Of a stretch of DNA of 64,000 nucleotides, positions 27,647-40,740 are shown one piece after another. Position numbers and translations under genes: made by a program. Source of the stretch: Gemmatimonadales bacterium. GTDB taxonomy: Bacteria; Gemmatimonadota; Gemmatimonadetes; Gemmatimonadales; GWC2-71-9. The DNA lies in the NCBI GenBank assembly GCA_039934355.1, contig JBDTMI010000008.1, positions 3,012 to 67,011 of the forward strand. Reading direction: 5' to 3'. Positions within the stretch are counted from its first letter, which is position 1. Every line of letters starts with the position of its first letter. The notes beneath the pieces were generated by a model, which was not told the DNA's origin, ran no database searches, and worked only from the letters and a program-made list of their open reading frames with translations.

Positions 27647-28829
27647 GAATCCACCTCTTGTTGGGCCGATGCCCACTCCTGCCATTCGGGCAATTGCCCA
27701 GTCCAGCCCAGCTCTGCCACCGACACGGAATCCAGCCGCTGGTCGATGGCGCCCGGGCCATCGCTGATCCCGTGCACCAGTGCGTCCGCGACGTGAACGG
27801 CCACCAGCGCCCGCCGGTCGCCCCCCGCGACTCGGTCCGGTGCGTGATGATGCGCCACCGCCTCGACCACCTCGTGCGGCAATCCCCAGAGGCCAAGCAG
27901 GTAGGCGCCGACCTCCGCGTGACAGACGTTGGTCCGGCTGAGCTCGACCCGGTGGAGCGGGAGGCCCCGGAGTCGGGCTTCGCCGAGATCGTCGAGAAAT
28001 GGCTGGGGCAGCCGGGCGGCAAGGATCAGCTTGCCGACGTCGTGCAACAGACCCGCGGTGAACGCCGCCTCACCGGCGGGCTGCCCGGGCAGGATGTGCC
28101 GGGCGAGTCGCGCCACCGCCAGCGCGTGATTGCGTTCCTCCTCCAGCGAGCATCCACGCCCCGGGCTGAGGCCGGACCCGAAGAACTGCTCGGCCAGCGC
28201 GAGTGCCCGGATCGTTCCGGTGCCGAGCAATGTCGTGGCGTGTGCGATGCTCGAAATCTCCCGCGCCTGGCCGAAGAAGGAGGAGTTGACCAACTGGAGT
28301 ACCTTGGCACCCAGGCCGGCGTCCTGCTCGATGATGACCGAGATCTGGGAGACGCTCGCCCCTTCATCCCCCAATGCCCGGCGCAGGGCGATCCAGACCG
28401 TTGGGGCCGATGGCAGGCTTTCCATTCCGCCAACGATGCGTCGAAGCCCGGGGCTCCGCAGCAGGTCTCGCAGGGCGCAGGCCCGGTCGATCACCGTCCG
28501 GATTTCCATTGCGGCGCAGGGCTTGGTCAGGAACTGGTGGGCGACGAGAATGGCTCGTGAGGCCGCCGCCGTGTCAGTCTGCCCGGAGAGCACGAGGCGA
28601 ATCGTATCCGGGTAGCGCTGGGCCACCTGCTCAAGCAGCGCCGCACCGTCCATCCCCGGCATCCGCATATCGGTCAGGACCACATCGACCGGCCCACGGG
28701 CCATCTCCTCCAGCGCCGCCGACCCGCTGGCGGCCGACAGCAGTTCCCACTCGCCCCGCTCACGATGCAGCAGTCGCCGGAGCCCATCGAGAATGCACGG
28801 CTCATCGTCCACGAACAGGATGCGGCGCA

Positions 28830-28830
<1 letters not shown>
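27643..28830 (-). CDS. Response regulator (REC) with an HDOD domain
   Basis: RILFVDDEP, VVLTDMRMPGMDG and FLTKPC mark the REC domain. The HDOD-type region contains LGAKVLQLVNSSFFG and LLHDVGKL. Confidence 0.85.
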
Positions 28831-31034
<2,204 letters not shown>

Positions 31035-31217
31035 CCCGCCTCCTGGTCGCCAAGGCCCGAAATGGGCCTGCCGGCTTCCTCGGTCCGAGTATCGCCTCGG
31101 GTACGAAGCGCCTTGAATCGAGACTCATCAGCCGCCCAGGCTCATGCTTCCTCCTCCAGCGGCCGAAACCCGGGGGATGCATCCTGACATCCGCGCCGCT
31201 GCCGGGCACCATCGATA

Positions 31218-32864
31218 ATGCGCCGCCTGAAGCTCCCAGTCTTCATGACAGTGCTCCTGCTCAGTACAGCCATGGGCTCGCTCGAGCTTGGGGCCCATCA
31301 TCTCGCCTACCCCGCGGCGCCACTCCTCGCCCGGGTCGCCGCCCACCTCCTCCCCTGGTACCTCTGGGTCGCCTTTCTGCCGCTGATGCAGTGGCTCGTC
31401 CGGCGTCGGCCTACCTCACAGTGGACCCATCCTGTCCTGGAGCACCTCGGTGCCGGCGCAGGCCTGATAGCCCTACACGGGATGCTGCTCACCGCTACCC
31501 ATCATCTGCTCGGCTGGAGCCCGCCGGAACAGCCCTTCCTGGCGACCTATCGGGTGCTCTTCGGCGAGACATTGCTCGGCAATGTCATCGCCTTTGCGGT
31601 GCTGGATCTGATGATCAGCGCGCTGCATCAGCTGACCGATCTGCGGAGTGCGGAGGAGGCGCTCCGCAAGAGCCAGGAGCAGTTGCTGCAAGCCCAGAAG
31701 ATGGAGGCTGTCGGCCGGCTCGCCGGGGGCATCGCGCACGACTTCAACAACCTGCTGACCGTCATCGGCAACTACACCGCGCTGGTGGTGGACCAGCTGG
31801 ACGAGGGCGACCCGCGCCGCGAAGACCTGCTGGAGGTGCACAAGGCGAGCGACCGCGCCGCCCGCCTCACCCAGCAGCTCCTCGCCTTCAGCCGAAGGCA
31901 GGTGATGCAGCCGCAACCACTCGACCTCGGCGAGATCGCCACCGAGATGGCGGGAATGCTGCGGCGGCTGATCGGCGAGAACATCGCCCTGGAGGTGAAA
32001 CGCCGGCCCGGCCTGGGACAGGCGCTGGCCGATCCGGTCCAGGTCGAGCAGCTCCTGCTCAACCTCGTGGTCAATGCTCGTGACGCCATCGGCGGGAACG
32101 GGACGGTGTCCATCGAATGCGGCAACGCCGAACTGGACACCGAGTTCGCCCGGCTCCACGCCGGCGCCCGACCCGGCTCCTACGTCATGATGAGCGTGGC
32201 CGACACCGGCTGCGGGATGGACCGTGAAACCCAGCGCCAGATCTTCGAGCCATTCTTCACAACCAAGGACAAGGGTCAGGGGACCGGACTCGGACTGGCC
32301 ACCGTCTACGGGATCGTGAAGCAAAGTGGGGGCTATATCGCGGTGTACAGCGAGCCGGGGCACGGCAGCGTCTTCCGGGTCTATCTGCCACGGGTCGGGG
32401 CCGAGCAGCCTACTCTGCTGCCGCCGGTTGGGCCGCCAGTCTCCGAGGGAATCCCGGGGACCGGAACCATCCTGCTGGTGGAGGACGAATCGAGCGTGCG
32501 CCAGCTGGTGCGGAGGGTGCTGCAGCGAGACGGGTACCGGGTGCTGGAGGCGGCGAATGGCGCAGAGGCACTCCTGATCGCGGCCCGGCACACCGGGCAG
32601 ATCCACCTCCTCCTCACCGATGTGGTGATGCCGGAGCTCTCGGGACCCGAACTGGTCGAGCGGCTGACACCACTCGAACCCGGTCTGCGCGTCGTGTTCA
32701 TGTCAGGCTATAGCGAACAGGGCGTGCCGCTGGAGGGCCTCATCGGTCCCCGCCGGGCCTTCCTTCCCAAGCCGTTCCCGTCGCGGGAACTGCTGCGCAC
32801 CGTGCGGTCCGCGATGGCGGGCGAGCGGATGGCATCGGTGGCGGAGGCGATCGAGAGCAGGTAG
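31218..32864 (+). CDS. Membrane-bound hybrid sensor histidine kinase with a C-terminal receiver
   Basis: It has N-terminal hydrophobic helices, the H-box [11 protein letters not shown], the motifs DTGCGMD and [11 protein letters not shown], and a REC domain with [13 protein letters not shown]. Confidence 0.85.
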   Translation: MRRLKLPVFMTVLLLSTAMGSLELGAHHLAYPAAPLLARVAAHLLPWYLWVAFLPLMQWLVRRRPTSQWTHPVLEHLGAGAGLIALHGMLLTATHHLLGWSPPEQPFLATYRVLFGETLLGNVIAFAVLDLMISALHQLTDLRSAEEALRKSQEQLLQAQKMEAVGRLAGGIAHDFNNLLTVIGNYTALVVDQLDEGDPRREDLLEVHKASDRAARLTQQLLAFSRRQVMQPQPLDLGEIATEMAGMLRRLIGENIALEVKRRPGLGQALADPVQVEQLLLNLVVNARDAIGGNGTVSIECGNAELDTEFARLHAGARPGSYVMMSVADTGCGMDRETQRQIFEPFFTTKDKGQGTGLGLATVYGIVKQSGGYIAVYSEPGHGSVFRVYLPRVGAEQPTLLPPVGPPVSEGIPGTGTILLVEDESSVRQLVRRVLQRDGYRVLEAANGAEALLIAARHTGQIHLLLTDVVMPELSGPELVERLTPLEPGLRVVFMSGYSEQGVPLEGLIGPRRAFLPKPFPSRELLRTVRSAMAGERMASVAEAIESR

Positions 32865-32893
32865 CCGGTGGCAGGTGCTGGGTGAAACAGGAA

Positions 32894-32932
32894 AACGGGA
32901 GGACTCCTCAGGGAGCCCTCCCGTTCTGTTTT
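32894..32932. terminator. Bidirectional intrinsic terminator between the hybrid kinase and glnN
   Basis: There is a perfect 9-bp stem aacgggagg/cctcccgtt plus an inner ctcc/ggag. T-rich tracts flank it on both strands (ctgttttg, and ttttcc on the minus strand). Confidence 0.7.
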
Positions 32933-32960
32933 GCTGAACGCTGAATGCTGAACGCCGAAC
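32933..32960. repeat. Heptanucleotide repeat (GCTGAAY family, 4 units)
   Basis: The array reads gctgaac gctgaat gctgaac gccgaac. Confidence 0.85.
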
Positions 32961-32970
32961 GCTTCCTGCC

Positions 32971-35112
32971 CTACTTCAAGAACAGCAACTGCCGATACGT
33001 CGGCATCGGCCACAGATCGGCGCCAACGGTGGCCTCGAGCTGGTCAGCGTAGGTGCGCAGCGTGGTCATCGCCGGGCGGACCTTGTCCCGGATCCAGGTG
33101 GCATGCTTGACCGGATCGCTGTCGGTGTGACTGATCGCCTTCTCCAGCGTGCCGAGCGACTCGCGGAAGCGGGAAATCAGGTTGACGAACTCCCCGAGCG
33201 CGCCGAGGGTGTCATTGCACTTCACCCCGGCCGCCTCGGTGGTGCTGACCGCGAGCGCCACCACCGCCTGCGACTTGAGCGCCGCCGGAAGGATCATGGT
33301 CCGGGCCATCGTGACCATCGTCTCGGCCTCGATCTCCAGCTGCTTGATGTACTTCTCGTAGGCGATGGCCTGGCGCGACTCGAGCTCCGCCTTGGTCAGC
33401 ACCCCATACTTCTTGAACAGATCGACGTTCTTCTTTGCCTTCATGACCACGAGCGCGTCGACCGAATTGCGCAGGTGTGGCAAGCCGCGCTTCTCGGCTT
33501 CGGTGTGCCATTCGGCGGAATAGCCATCGCCGCCAAAGAGCACCCGCTTGTGCTGTTTCACGATCTTCTTGAGCAGCGCCATCGAGGCGGACTGCACCTT
33601 GGCCGGCGTCGGGTGGGCGCCGACCGCCTTTTCCAGCTCGGTCGCAATGAAGTCGAGCGACTCGGCGGCGATGGTGTTGAGGACCGTGTTGGGCCACGCG
33701 ATCGTCTGGGCCGAGCCGACGGCGCGGAACTCGAACTTGTTGCCGGTGAAGGCGAAGGGGCTGGTGCGGTTGCGGTCACCGGAGTGGCGCGGCAGCGTCG
33801 GCAGGGTGCGGGCACCGAGATCGATCACGCCGCCCTTCAGGGTCCGCTTGAGCTGGCCCTTCTCGACCTGATCCAGGATGTCCTGCAACATGTCGCCCAG
33901 GAAGATCGAGATGATGGCCGGCGGAGCCTCGTTGGCGCCGAGCCGGTGATCGTTGCCCGCCGAGGCGATCGACGCGCGCAACAGGTCCGCGTGAATGTCC
34001 ACCGCCCGGATCACGGCACAGAGGAACACGAGGAACTGCATGTTGGCGTGGGTGTCATCCTGCGGATCGAGCAGGTTGTGACCCTGGTCCGTCGCCATCG
34101 ACCAGTTGTTGTGCTTGCCGGAACCATTCACGCCGGCAAAGGGCTTCTCGTGCAGGATGCACATCAGGCCGTGCCGCTGGGCCACCCGCTTCAGGGTCTC
34201 CATCGTCAGCATCTGGTGATCGCTGGCCAGCTGGCTCATTTCGAACAGCGGGGCGATTTCGTACTGACCCGGGGCCACCTCATTGTGCCGGGTCTTGACC
34301 GGGACGCCGAGGCGGTAGAGCTCCCGCTCCGCATCGGCCATGCAGGCCAGCACCCGCTGCGGGATGACGCCAAAGTACTGGTCCTCGAGCTGCTGACCCT
34401 TGGGCGGCTTGGCCCCAAAGAGGGTGCGCTCGCAGGTGACGAGATCGGGCCGCTGGAAGAACAGCTCGCGGTCGACGAGGAAGTATTCCTGCTCGGGCCC
34501 CACGGTGGTGTAGACCCGGCTGACCCCGCGGTCGGTGCCGAACAGCTTGAGAATGCGGAGCGCCTGCCTGGACAATGCGTCAATGGAGCGCAGCAGGGGG
34601 ATCTTGGTGTCCAGCGCCTCGCCGGTCCAGGAGACGAACGCCGTCGGAATCACCAGCGTGACCGCGTTCTCCGTGCGCATGAGAAACGCGGGGCTGGTCG
34701 CATCCCACGCGGTGTAGCCGCGGGCCTCGAACGTGGCGCGCAGTCCGCCGGAGGGAAAACTCGACGCGTCCGGCTCACCCTGCACCAGATCGGAGCCGGA
34801 GAAGTCGAACAGGACGCCACCCTGCCCGTCCGGAGAAATCAGGCTGTCGTGCTTTTCGGCGGTGAGCCCGGTGAGCGGCTGAAACCAGTGGGTGTAGTGG
34901 CTGGCCCCGTTTTCTATGGCCCAGTCCTTCATCGCGCTGGCAACCACATTGGCCACCGAATGATCCAGCGGTTCGCCAAGGTCGATGGTCCGGATCAGCT
35001 TCTTGAACACATCTTTGGGGAGCCGTTGCCGCATCACTGCCCGCGAGAAGACGTCGCGGTTGAAGATGGCATTCACCGGCTCGATGGCACCGTTCGCTAC
35101 GGGGGTGGTCAC
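32971..35112 (-). CDS. glnN: Glutamine synthetase type III
   Basis: 713 aa. The N-terminus [33 protein letters not shown] is typical of GSIII, with [10 protein letters not shown] also present. The start codon is GTG. Confidence 0.9.
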   Translation of the reverse strand: MTTPVANGAIEPVNAIFNRDVFSRAVMRQRLPKDVFKKLIRTIDLGEPLDHSVANVVASAMKDWAIENGASHYTHWFQPLTGLTAEKHDSLISPDGQGGVLFDFSGSDLVQGEPDASSFPSGGLRATFEARGYTAWDATSPAFLMRTENAVTLVIPTAFVSWTGEALDTKIPLLRSIDALSRQALRILKLFGTDRGVSRVYTTVGPEQEYFLVDRELFFQRPDLVTCERTLFGAKPPKGQQLEDQYFGVIPQRVLACMADAERELYRLGVPVKTRHNEVAPGQYEIAPLFEMSQLASDHQMLTMETLKRVAQRHGLMCILHEKPFAGVNGSGKHNNWSMATDQGHNLLDPQDDTHANMQFLVFLCAVIRAVDIHADLLRASIASAGNDHRLGANEAPPAIISIFLGDMLQDILDQVEKGQLKRTLKGGVIDLGARTLPTLPRHSGDRNRTSPFAFTGNKFEFRAVGSAQTIAWPNTVLNTIAAESLDFIATELEKAVGAHPTPAKVQSASMALLKKIVKQHKRVLFGGDGYSAEWHTEAEKRGLPHLRNSVDALVVMKAKKNVDLFKKYGVLTKAELESRQAIAYEKYIKQLEIEAETMVTMARTMILPAALKSQAVVALAVSTTEAAGVKCNDTLGALGEFVNLISRFRESLGTLEKAISHTDSDPVKHATWIRDKVRPAMTTLRTYADQLEATVGADLWPMPTYRQLLFLK

Positions 35113-35137
35113 TGGGGAGGCCCTCGGTCTGGATTGT

Positions 35138-35153
35138 TGCGCGCTGGGTGCCG
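35138..35153 (-). promoter_or_regulatory. Candidate sigma-54 (-24/-12) promoter upstream of glnN
   Basis: The minus strand reads cGGCACccagcgcGCAa, with correct GG-N10-GC spacing. It matches 8 of 11 defined consensus positions and lies about 25 nt upstream of the GTG. Confidence 0.3.
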
Positions 35154-35223
35154 TGATGGCGGGTCGAAATTAATCGCGCGCACGGTGGGGGGAAGGGCTC
35201 GCAATGACACCCGGCCCGGATCC

Positions 35224-36309
35224 CTACCGCCACCGGAGCGGTGCTGCGGCCGCAGGTCCAAGAATGTCGGGATCGAGACCCAGGAGTGACAAGATTGTCG
35301 GAGCGACCTGGGACTGGGTCGCATCGCCCTGCATTCCCGGCCGGACGCCGGGTCCCACCACCGCCAGCCACATCTGCGCCGAGCCCTCGACGTCATCGCC
35401 GTGATCACTCCAGTCCTTTGGGCTCCGGCCTCGGCCGTGATCGGTGGTCAAGATGAGGGTGGTGTGGTTCCGGTAGCCCGGGGTGGTCTGCACCGTCTGC
35501 CAGAGTTCCCGGAGAAAATCGTCCAGACCGTGGAGGGCATCGAGCAACCGGTCATAGCGCCGGGAATGGGCCAGGTCATCGGTGTCATCGAACGAGACGA
35601 ACAGCAGGCGTGGCCGGCGGACCTTCAGGTACTCGAGGGCCATCGCCCCGGTGAAGACATCCAGCCGGGCCCCATCCCACAGCGGCGGCGCCCGCCGCTC
35701 CAGCTGTTCCAGCTCACGCAGGCGCGGCGTGGCGGCGCGGGTGGGCAGGGTATCGAATCCGGCGTTCACCAGCACCGCATCCTCGCGGCTCGCCCCGTAC
35801 ATCCGGAAGTTTTCCCAGCTTCCAAAGAGCGCCACTCCCTCCTGGGGGAGGCGCAGCCGCTCACGCACCAGCTCAAGCACGGTGCGGTGCGGATACCGGA
35901 TCAGGTCATTCGTGGTGACGTCCGGCTGGGCCCGCCCGGTGAGCAGCTCCAGATACCCCGGCGCGGAGAATCCGTGGGAGTTGGTGATGGTGACTCGACT
36001 GCCCACGGTGGTATCGCCGAGGACGAGGCCGTGCGGGGCGAGCGAATCCCAGAAGAAGGGCATGACGGTGCGTCGGCGGGCTTCCCGGGTTGGCCTGTCG
36101 TACGCGGCGCGCAACACATCCGGGTGCCCGACGCCACTCAGCTCCCTGGCGGCGTTGGTAATCGAGGTGTCGAGGCCGCCGAAGAATTCCTGGGGCCGGA
36201 CGCCATCAAAGGTGACCAGGATGACGTAGTCGGTTTTCGGCGCCTGCGCGAGCAGGGTACCGGGAGCGAGCGCGAGCAGCAGCGTCAGCCGGCACGGCGG
36301 CCAGATCAT
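35224..36309 (-). CDS. Alkaline-phosphatase-superfamily protein (nucleotide pyrophosphatase/phosphodiesterase-like), secreted
   Basis: It has the signal peptide MIWPPCRLTLLLALAPGTLLAQA, followed by VTFDGVRPQEF, FDDTDDLAH and TTDHGRG metal-site-like motifs. Confidence 0.7.
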   Translation of the reverse strand: MIWPPCRLTLLLALAPGTLLAQAPKTDYVILVTFDGVRPQEFFGGLDTSITNAARELSGVGHPDVLRAAYDRPTREARRRTVMPFFWDSLAPHGLVLGDTTVGSRVTITNSHGFSAPGYLELLTGRAQPDVTTNDLIRYPHRTVLELVRERLRLPQEGVALFGSWENFRMYGASREDAVLVNAGFDTLPTRAATPRLRELEQLERRAPPLWDGARLDVFTGAMALEYLKVRRPRLLFVSFDDTDDLAHSRRYDRLLDALHGLDDFLRELWQTVQTTPGYRNHTTLILTTDHGRGRSPKDWSDHGDDVEGSAQMWLAVVGPGVRPGMQGDATQSQVAPTILSLLGLDPDILGPAAAAPLRWR

Positions 36310-36404
36310 GAACTCCTCGGTGCGGAGATGGGGCGGAGAGAGAATGTAGGGATTCCGGACCGAAAATGGTGATTTCTGGCCCGAACTTGACAATTATGTC
36401 GAAA

Positions 36405-36420
36405 ATGTAAACGTTTACAT
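36405..36420. promoter_or_regulatory. LacI-family operator 1: perfect 16-bp palindrome ATGTAAACGTTTACAT
   Basis: Read directly. The palindrome has a central CG and matches the TGnAAnCGnTTnCA-type LacI/GalR operator consensus. It lies between the divergent AP-family and lacI-family genes. Confidence 0.7.
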
Positions 36421-36467
36421 ACCGCCACAGGCCGTGTCGGCTCCCGCTGGACTGTTGTGGACCGAAA

Positions 36468-36483
36468 ATGTAAACGTTTACAT
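36468..36483. promoter_or_regulatory. LacI-family operator 2: identical 16-bp palindrome
   Basis: This is an exact second copy. The shared stretch is the 20-nt gaaaatgtaaacgtttacat. The two centres are 63 bp apart. Confidence 0.7.
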
Positions 36484-36595
36484 GCCGACAGAGCCTCGTC
36501 GGCCCCCACTCGAGTACCCACAGTATCCCTGGCGGAATCGGCATTCCGTCCCGGGCGCACCTCGGAGCACCGAGGGCGGGCGCCTCTCAGCTGCC

Positions 36596-37609
36596 ATGAT
36601 GATCACGATCAAGGACGTCGCCCGTCAGGCCGGGGTCTCCGTCGCTACCGTCTCTCGGGTCTTCAACGACATCGATAACGTCCGCCCGCACACCCGCGAG
36701 CGGGTGCAGGCCGTCGCCCTGGAGCTCGGCTACAGCCCGCATGGAACCGCCCGCAGCCTGATCACAAGCCGGACCCACACTCTGGGCATGCTGTTGCCGG
36801 ACCTCTATGGCGAATTCTTCTCCGAAGTCATCCGCGGGGTGGACCAGGCGGCCCAACGGGAGGGCTTTCACCTGCTGATCTCCAGCGCGCGCGCCGAAGG
36901 TCCCTCCCTGGAAGCGGCCCTGCGTTCCATGCGCGGCCGGGTGGACGGACTCATCGTGATGTCGCCCGATCTCGATGCCCTCGCTTCGCGCCGCAGCCTG
37001 CCCCATGGCTTCCCGGTCGTCTTGCTCAACTGTCCGCCCAGCGACGCCGGCCATGACAGCATCGGCATCGCCAACTACGAAGGCGCGCTCGCCATGACTC
37101 GGCACCTGGCGGGTCAGGGGCACACCCGGATTGCGATGATCAAGGGCGCGGAGGGGAATTTCGACGCGGCGGAGCGGTTGCGCGGGTACCGCGCGGTGGT
37201 GCGGGAGCGCAACCTCGATGCCCACCCCACCCTGGAGCTCGCCGGTGATTTCAGTGAAGACGGGGGACACGCCGCGGCCCTGCGCCTCCTCGCCCTGCAT
37301 CCCCGCCCGACCGCTGTCTTTGCCGCCAATGACGGCATGGCCGTCGGCGCGCTCAGCGCCTTCCGCGAGGCCGGCCTCCGGGTGCCCCAGGATATCGCCC
37401 TCGGCGGCTTTGACGACATCCCGCTGGCCCGATACGTAGAGCCGGCCCTGACCAGTGTCCACGTCCCCATCAATGTGCTCGGTGAACACGCCACCGGCTG
37501 CCTGTTCGCACGCCTGCGTGCGGTCGAGCCCATGGAGTCCCGTCGCGAAGTGCTGGCCACGACACTCGTCGTGCGGCGCTCCTGCGGCGCGCAGGGTGGA
37601 CCGGGCTGA
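36596..37609 (+). CDS. LacI-family transcriptional regulator
   Basis: The HTH is MITIKDVARQAGVSVATVSRVFN, followed by a periplasmic-binding-protein-like sugar-binding core. Confidence 0.9.
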   Translation: MMITIKDVARQAGVSVATVSRVFNDIDNVRPHTRERVQAVALELGYSPHGTARSLITSRTHTLGMLLPDLYGEFFSEVIRGVDQAAQREGFHLLISSARAEGPSLEAALRSMRGRVDGLIVMSPDLDALASRRSLPHGFPVVLLNCPPSDAGHDSIGIANYEGALAMTRHLAGQGHTRIAMIKGAEGNFDAAERLRGYRAVVRERNLDAHPTLELAGDFSEDGGHAAALRLLALHPRPTAVFAANDGMAVGALSAFREAGLRVPQDIALGGFDDIPLARYVEPALTSVHVPINVLGEHATGCLFARLRAVEPMESRREVLATTLVVRRSCGAQGGPG

Positions 37610-37649
37610 CGCCCGGTCCCGCATTCAACATCCCACGGAGGGAAGTGTC

Positions 37650-40600
37650 ATGGTGACTCGTAATTGTATGTGCCTCCTGCGCGCGGCCTTGGTGGTTCTG
37701 GGCCTGGGCTTCCTGGTAAGCCCCGCCGTGCAGGCGCAGACCAGCACCGGCGGCATTCGCGGCTATGTCACGGTCGATTCGACCGGGGCGGCGGTGTCCG
37801 CAGCGGAAATCCAGGCCCGCAATGTCAGCAGCGGCGTCACCCGCACCACGACCAGCCGGGATGACGGCTCCTACAACCTGCCGGGTCTCGTTCCCTCGAC
37901 CTACGAACTCACGGTCCGCCACATCGGAATGGCGGCATCGAGCCGTCGGGTCGTCGTCCAGATCGGCGCCACCGCGCTGCAGAACTTTGCCATGGGTGAA
38001 CGGGTGGTGGAAGTCGAGGAGATCACGGTGACGGCGGCACCGGTACCGGAAACCCGGACGTCGGAAGTGGCCACCAATATCACCTCGGCGCAGATCGAGG
38101 CGTTGCCGAGCGCCAGTCGCAACTTCCTCGACCTCGCGGCGCTGGCGCCCGGGGTGACGGCGACGGAAGATCGAGTCAATGGAGGAAATCGGACATTCCA
38201 GGGCGGTGGTTCGAGCCCCAACCAGTCGAATGTGTTTGTAGACGGGTCGAGTCTCAAGAACGATCTCACCGGGGGCGGAGTCGCCGGGCAGGACGCGAGC
38301 CGGGGCAATCCTTTCCCCCGCAATGCGATCCAGGAATACCGGGTCATCACCCAGAACTTCAAGGCGGAGTACCAGAAGGCCTCCAGTGCGATCATTGTCG
38401 CGACGACGAAGTCCGGCGGCAACGTCTGGTCGGGAAGCGCCTTCACCGAGTATCAGAACAAGGGGCTGGTCGCGGCGGACAGCTTTGACGTCGCCAACAA
38501 CGTCAAGAAGCCGGACTACAGCCGGTACCTCATGGGCCTGAGCGCCGGCGGACCGATCATCCGCGACCGGCTCCACGTCTTCGGCTCCTTCGAGGGCAAC
38601 TACCAGAACCGAAATGCGACCGTCGCCTTTACGCCGCCGGCCACCGGGCTCTTCCCGTCGCTGGATACCGTCAACCTTTCGCAGTACAACGGGGGGTTCA
38701 CGTCGCCGTTCCGCGAGACCCTGCTGTTCGGCAAACTCAGCTACGCCGTGAGCCCCAAGTCCACCGCTGAGTTCAGCCTCAGCAACCGCCATGAGACGGA
38801 CGTGAAGGACTTTGGCAATCTGAATGTCTCGCGGCAGTCGGCCACCAATTATCGCCAGAACGTCGGCATCGCGACCCTCAAGTACAACTACTTCTCCGGC
38901 CCGGTCCTCAATGAGGCCAACGTCACATACCAGCGCTTCCGCCGCTTCCCCTCGCCGAACACCCCCGGGCTGATCTCGCGCATCTACCACTACCCTGGTC
39001 AGGACGCGATCATCGGGAGCAATCGTAGCACGCAGGACTTTACTCAGAAGCGCCTCGGCTTCCGCGACGACCTGACCTACAGCGGATTCCAGGCGGGTGG
39101 CCAGCACATCTTCAAGATCGGCGCCAATGTGGACTTCGTGACGTACGATGTCATCAAGCGCAACAGCGAGAACCCGCTGTTCGAGTACGCCGAAAATGTG
39201 AACTGCCACCCCGTCTGCAACGATACACTCGCCAACCAGCTCCACTTTGACTACCGCACTCCCTATCAGCTCATCTACGGCACCGGCGTCCCGGGACTGA
39301 ACAACAAGAACAATCAGCTCGGTATCTATCTGCAGGACGACTGGAGCCCGACGCCACAGCTGACAATCAATCTCGGCATGCGGTGGGACTACGAGTCGAA
39401 CATGATCAACACCCACTACAAGACACCGCAGAACGTGGTCGATACACTCACCAGGTACAACGATTCACTGCCGAACCCATTGGACCTCAATCGGTACATC
39501 AGCACCGGCAACAATCGGAAGCCCATCACCGGCGCCTTCCAGCCGCGGCTCGGCTTCTCGTACGCGCTCGACAAGGAAAGCAAGACGACGGTCTTCGGCG
39601 GATTCGGCATCTACTACGACCGCTCGATCTTCGACTTCTCAGTGGATGAGATTCAGAAGCTGACTCACCCCACCTACGTGATTCAGTTTGCCCACCCGGA
39701 TTCGACGAACATACCGGCGGGCCAGGTGGCCTGGAATGACAACTATCTGACGACGGATGTCAGTGTGCTGAATGCCCTCGTTGCCAGCTCGGGACAGCCG
39801 GAGGCATTCCTGATCGACAACAAGACCAAGCTGCCGAAGACCAAACAGTGGAGTCTCGGTGTACGCCGCGTGCTGGGTCAGTTCGTCGGGGCACTGACCT
39901 ACCAGGGTCAGCGCGGCACCGACCTCTTCACCTACAACTGGGCCAATATCGACCTCAATCCCGACGGCTCCTGCTGCCGGAGCTTCAATATCGGCGCACA
40001 CGGGTTCAACAACTTCATCACCTCCACCAACGACGGAAAGACCTGGTACGACGCGCTCTCGTTCCAGCTCGATCGTCCGTACCGCAGTTCATCCGCCAAG
40101 TTCGGCTGGGGCGCTGGCATTGTCTACACCTACGCCGAGCGCTCGATCGCGGGCTCCGACAACCTCAACGACCTCGCCGGGTCCTTCCCGGGCTCATTCC
40201 CCACCGCCGGAAAGATTCCAAAGCACGCTGATAACGGTGGCAACGACGAGCGCCACCGTGTTGTGGCCAACTGGATCACCGACGTGCCGTATCTCTTCGG
40301 CATCCAGTTCAGCGGGCTGATCACGCTGGGCAGCGGCGCCCGCCTCGACATCGGCTGCGCGCCGCGCTTCTGCGGGCCGGCGACCTACATCAATGGCGGA
40401 TTCACCCCCAAGAAGTACAATTTCATCATCCCCGGAGCGTGGGCGTACCGTCGCGTCGATGTGCGTGTCCGCAAGGATTTTCCCAGCTTCGGCGGCACCC
40501 GCCTCGGTGTGACGGTCGACGTGTTCAACGTGATGAACTACCGGAACTTCGGCTGCTACAACACCGGTTTCGACAGCCCGACGTCTCCGAATCCCAATCA

Positions 40601-40667
40601 GGGCAAGGCTGGCTGTCTCGCCAGTGATCCGCGGCGCATCCAGCTTGGTGCCGAGTACAACTTCTAG
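37650..40667 (+). CDS. TonB-dependent receptor with an N-terminal carboxypeptidase-regulatory-like domain (Oar-type)
   Basis: The signal peptide ends in AVQAQ. It has the CarboxypepD_reg-like GIRGYV..DGSYNLPGL..YELTV, a plug region and a C-terminal ...LGAEYNF beta-signal. GGAGGGA lies upstream of the ATG at 37650. Confidence 0.9.
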   Translation: MVTRNCMCLLRAALVVLGLGFLVSPAVQAQTSTGGIRGYVTVDSTGAAVSAAEIQARNVSSGVTRTTTSRDDGSYNLPGLVPSTYELTVRHIGMAASSRRVVVQIGATALQNFAMGERVVEVEEITVTAAPVPETRTSEVATNITSAQIEALPSASRNFLDLAALAPGVTATEDRVNGGNRTFQGGGSSPNQSNVFVDGSSLKNDLTGGGVAGQDASRGNPFPRNAIQEYRVITQNFKAEYQKASSAIIVATTKSGGNVWSGSAFTEYQNKGLVAADSFDVANNVKKPDYSRYLMGLSAGGPIIRDRLHVFGSFEGNYQNRNATVAFTPPATGLFPSLDTVNLSQYNGGFTSPFRETLLFGKLSYAVSPKSTAEFSLSNRHETDVKDFGNLNVSRQSATNYRQNVGIATLKYNYFSGPVLNEANVTYQRFRRFPSPNTPGLISRIYHYPGQDAIIGSNRSTQDFTQKRLGFRDDLTYSGFQAGGQHIFKIGANVDFVTYDVIKRNSENPLFEYAENVNCHPVCNDTLANQLHFDYRTPYQLIYGTGVPGLNNKNNQLGIYLQDDWSPTPQLTINLGMRWDYESNMINTHYKTPQNVVDTLTRYNDSLPNPLDLNRYISTGNNRKPITGAFQPRLGFSYALDKESKTTVFGGFGIYYDRSIFDFSVDEIQKLTHPTYVIQFAHPDSTNIPAGQVAWNDNYLTTDVSVLNALVASSGQPEAFLIDNKTKLPKTKQWSLGVRRVLGQFVGALTYQGQRGTDLFTYNWANIDLNPDGSCCRSFNIGAHGFNNFITSTNDGKTWYDALSFQLDRPYRSSSAKFGWGAGIVYTYAERSIAGSDNLNDLAGSFPGSFPTAGKIPKHADNGGNDERHRVVANWITDVPYLFGIQFSGLITLGSGARLDIGCAPRFCGPATYINGGFTPKKYNFIIPGAWAYRRVDVRVRKDFPSFGGTRLGVTVDVFNVMNYRNFGCYNTGFDSPTSPNPNQGKAGCLASDPRRIQLGAEYNF

Positions 40668-40680
40668 TCCTTCCGCACAG

Positions 40681-40710
40681 GCCCCGACGCACCTCACGGT
40701 GCGCCGGGGC
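40681..40710 (+). other. Intercistronic 13-bp-stem hairpin after the TonB receptor gene
   Basis: gccccgacgcacc tcac ggtgcgccggggc, with one mismatch and no T tract. It could be an attenuator or an mRNA-stability element. Confidence 0.45.
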
Positions 40711-40740
40711 ACACCTCCCGCCGGCGGTACGGTTGAACCA

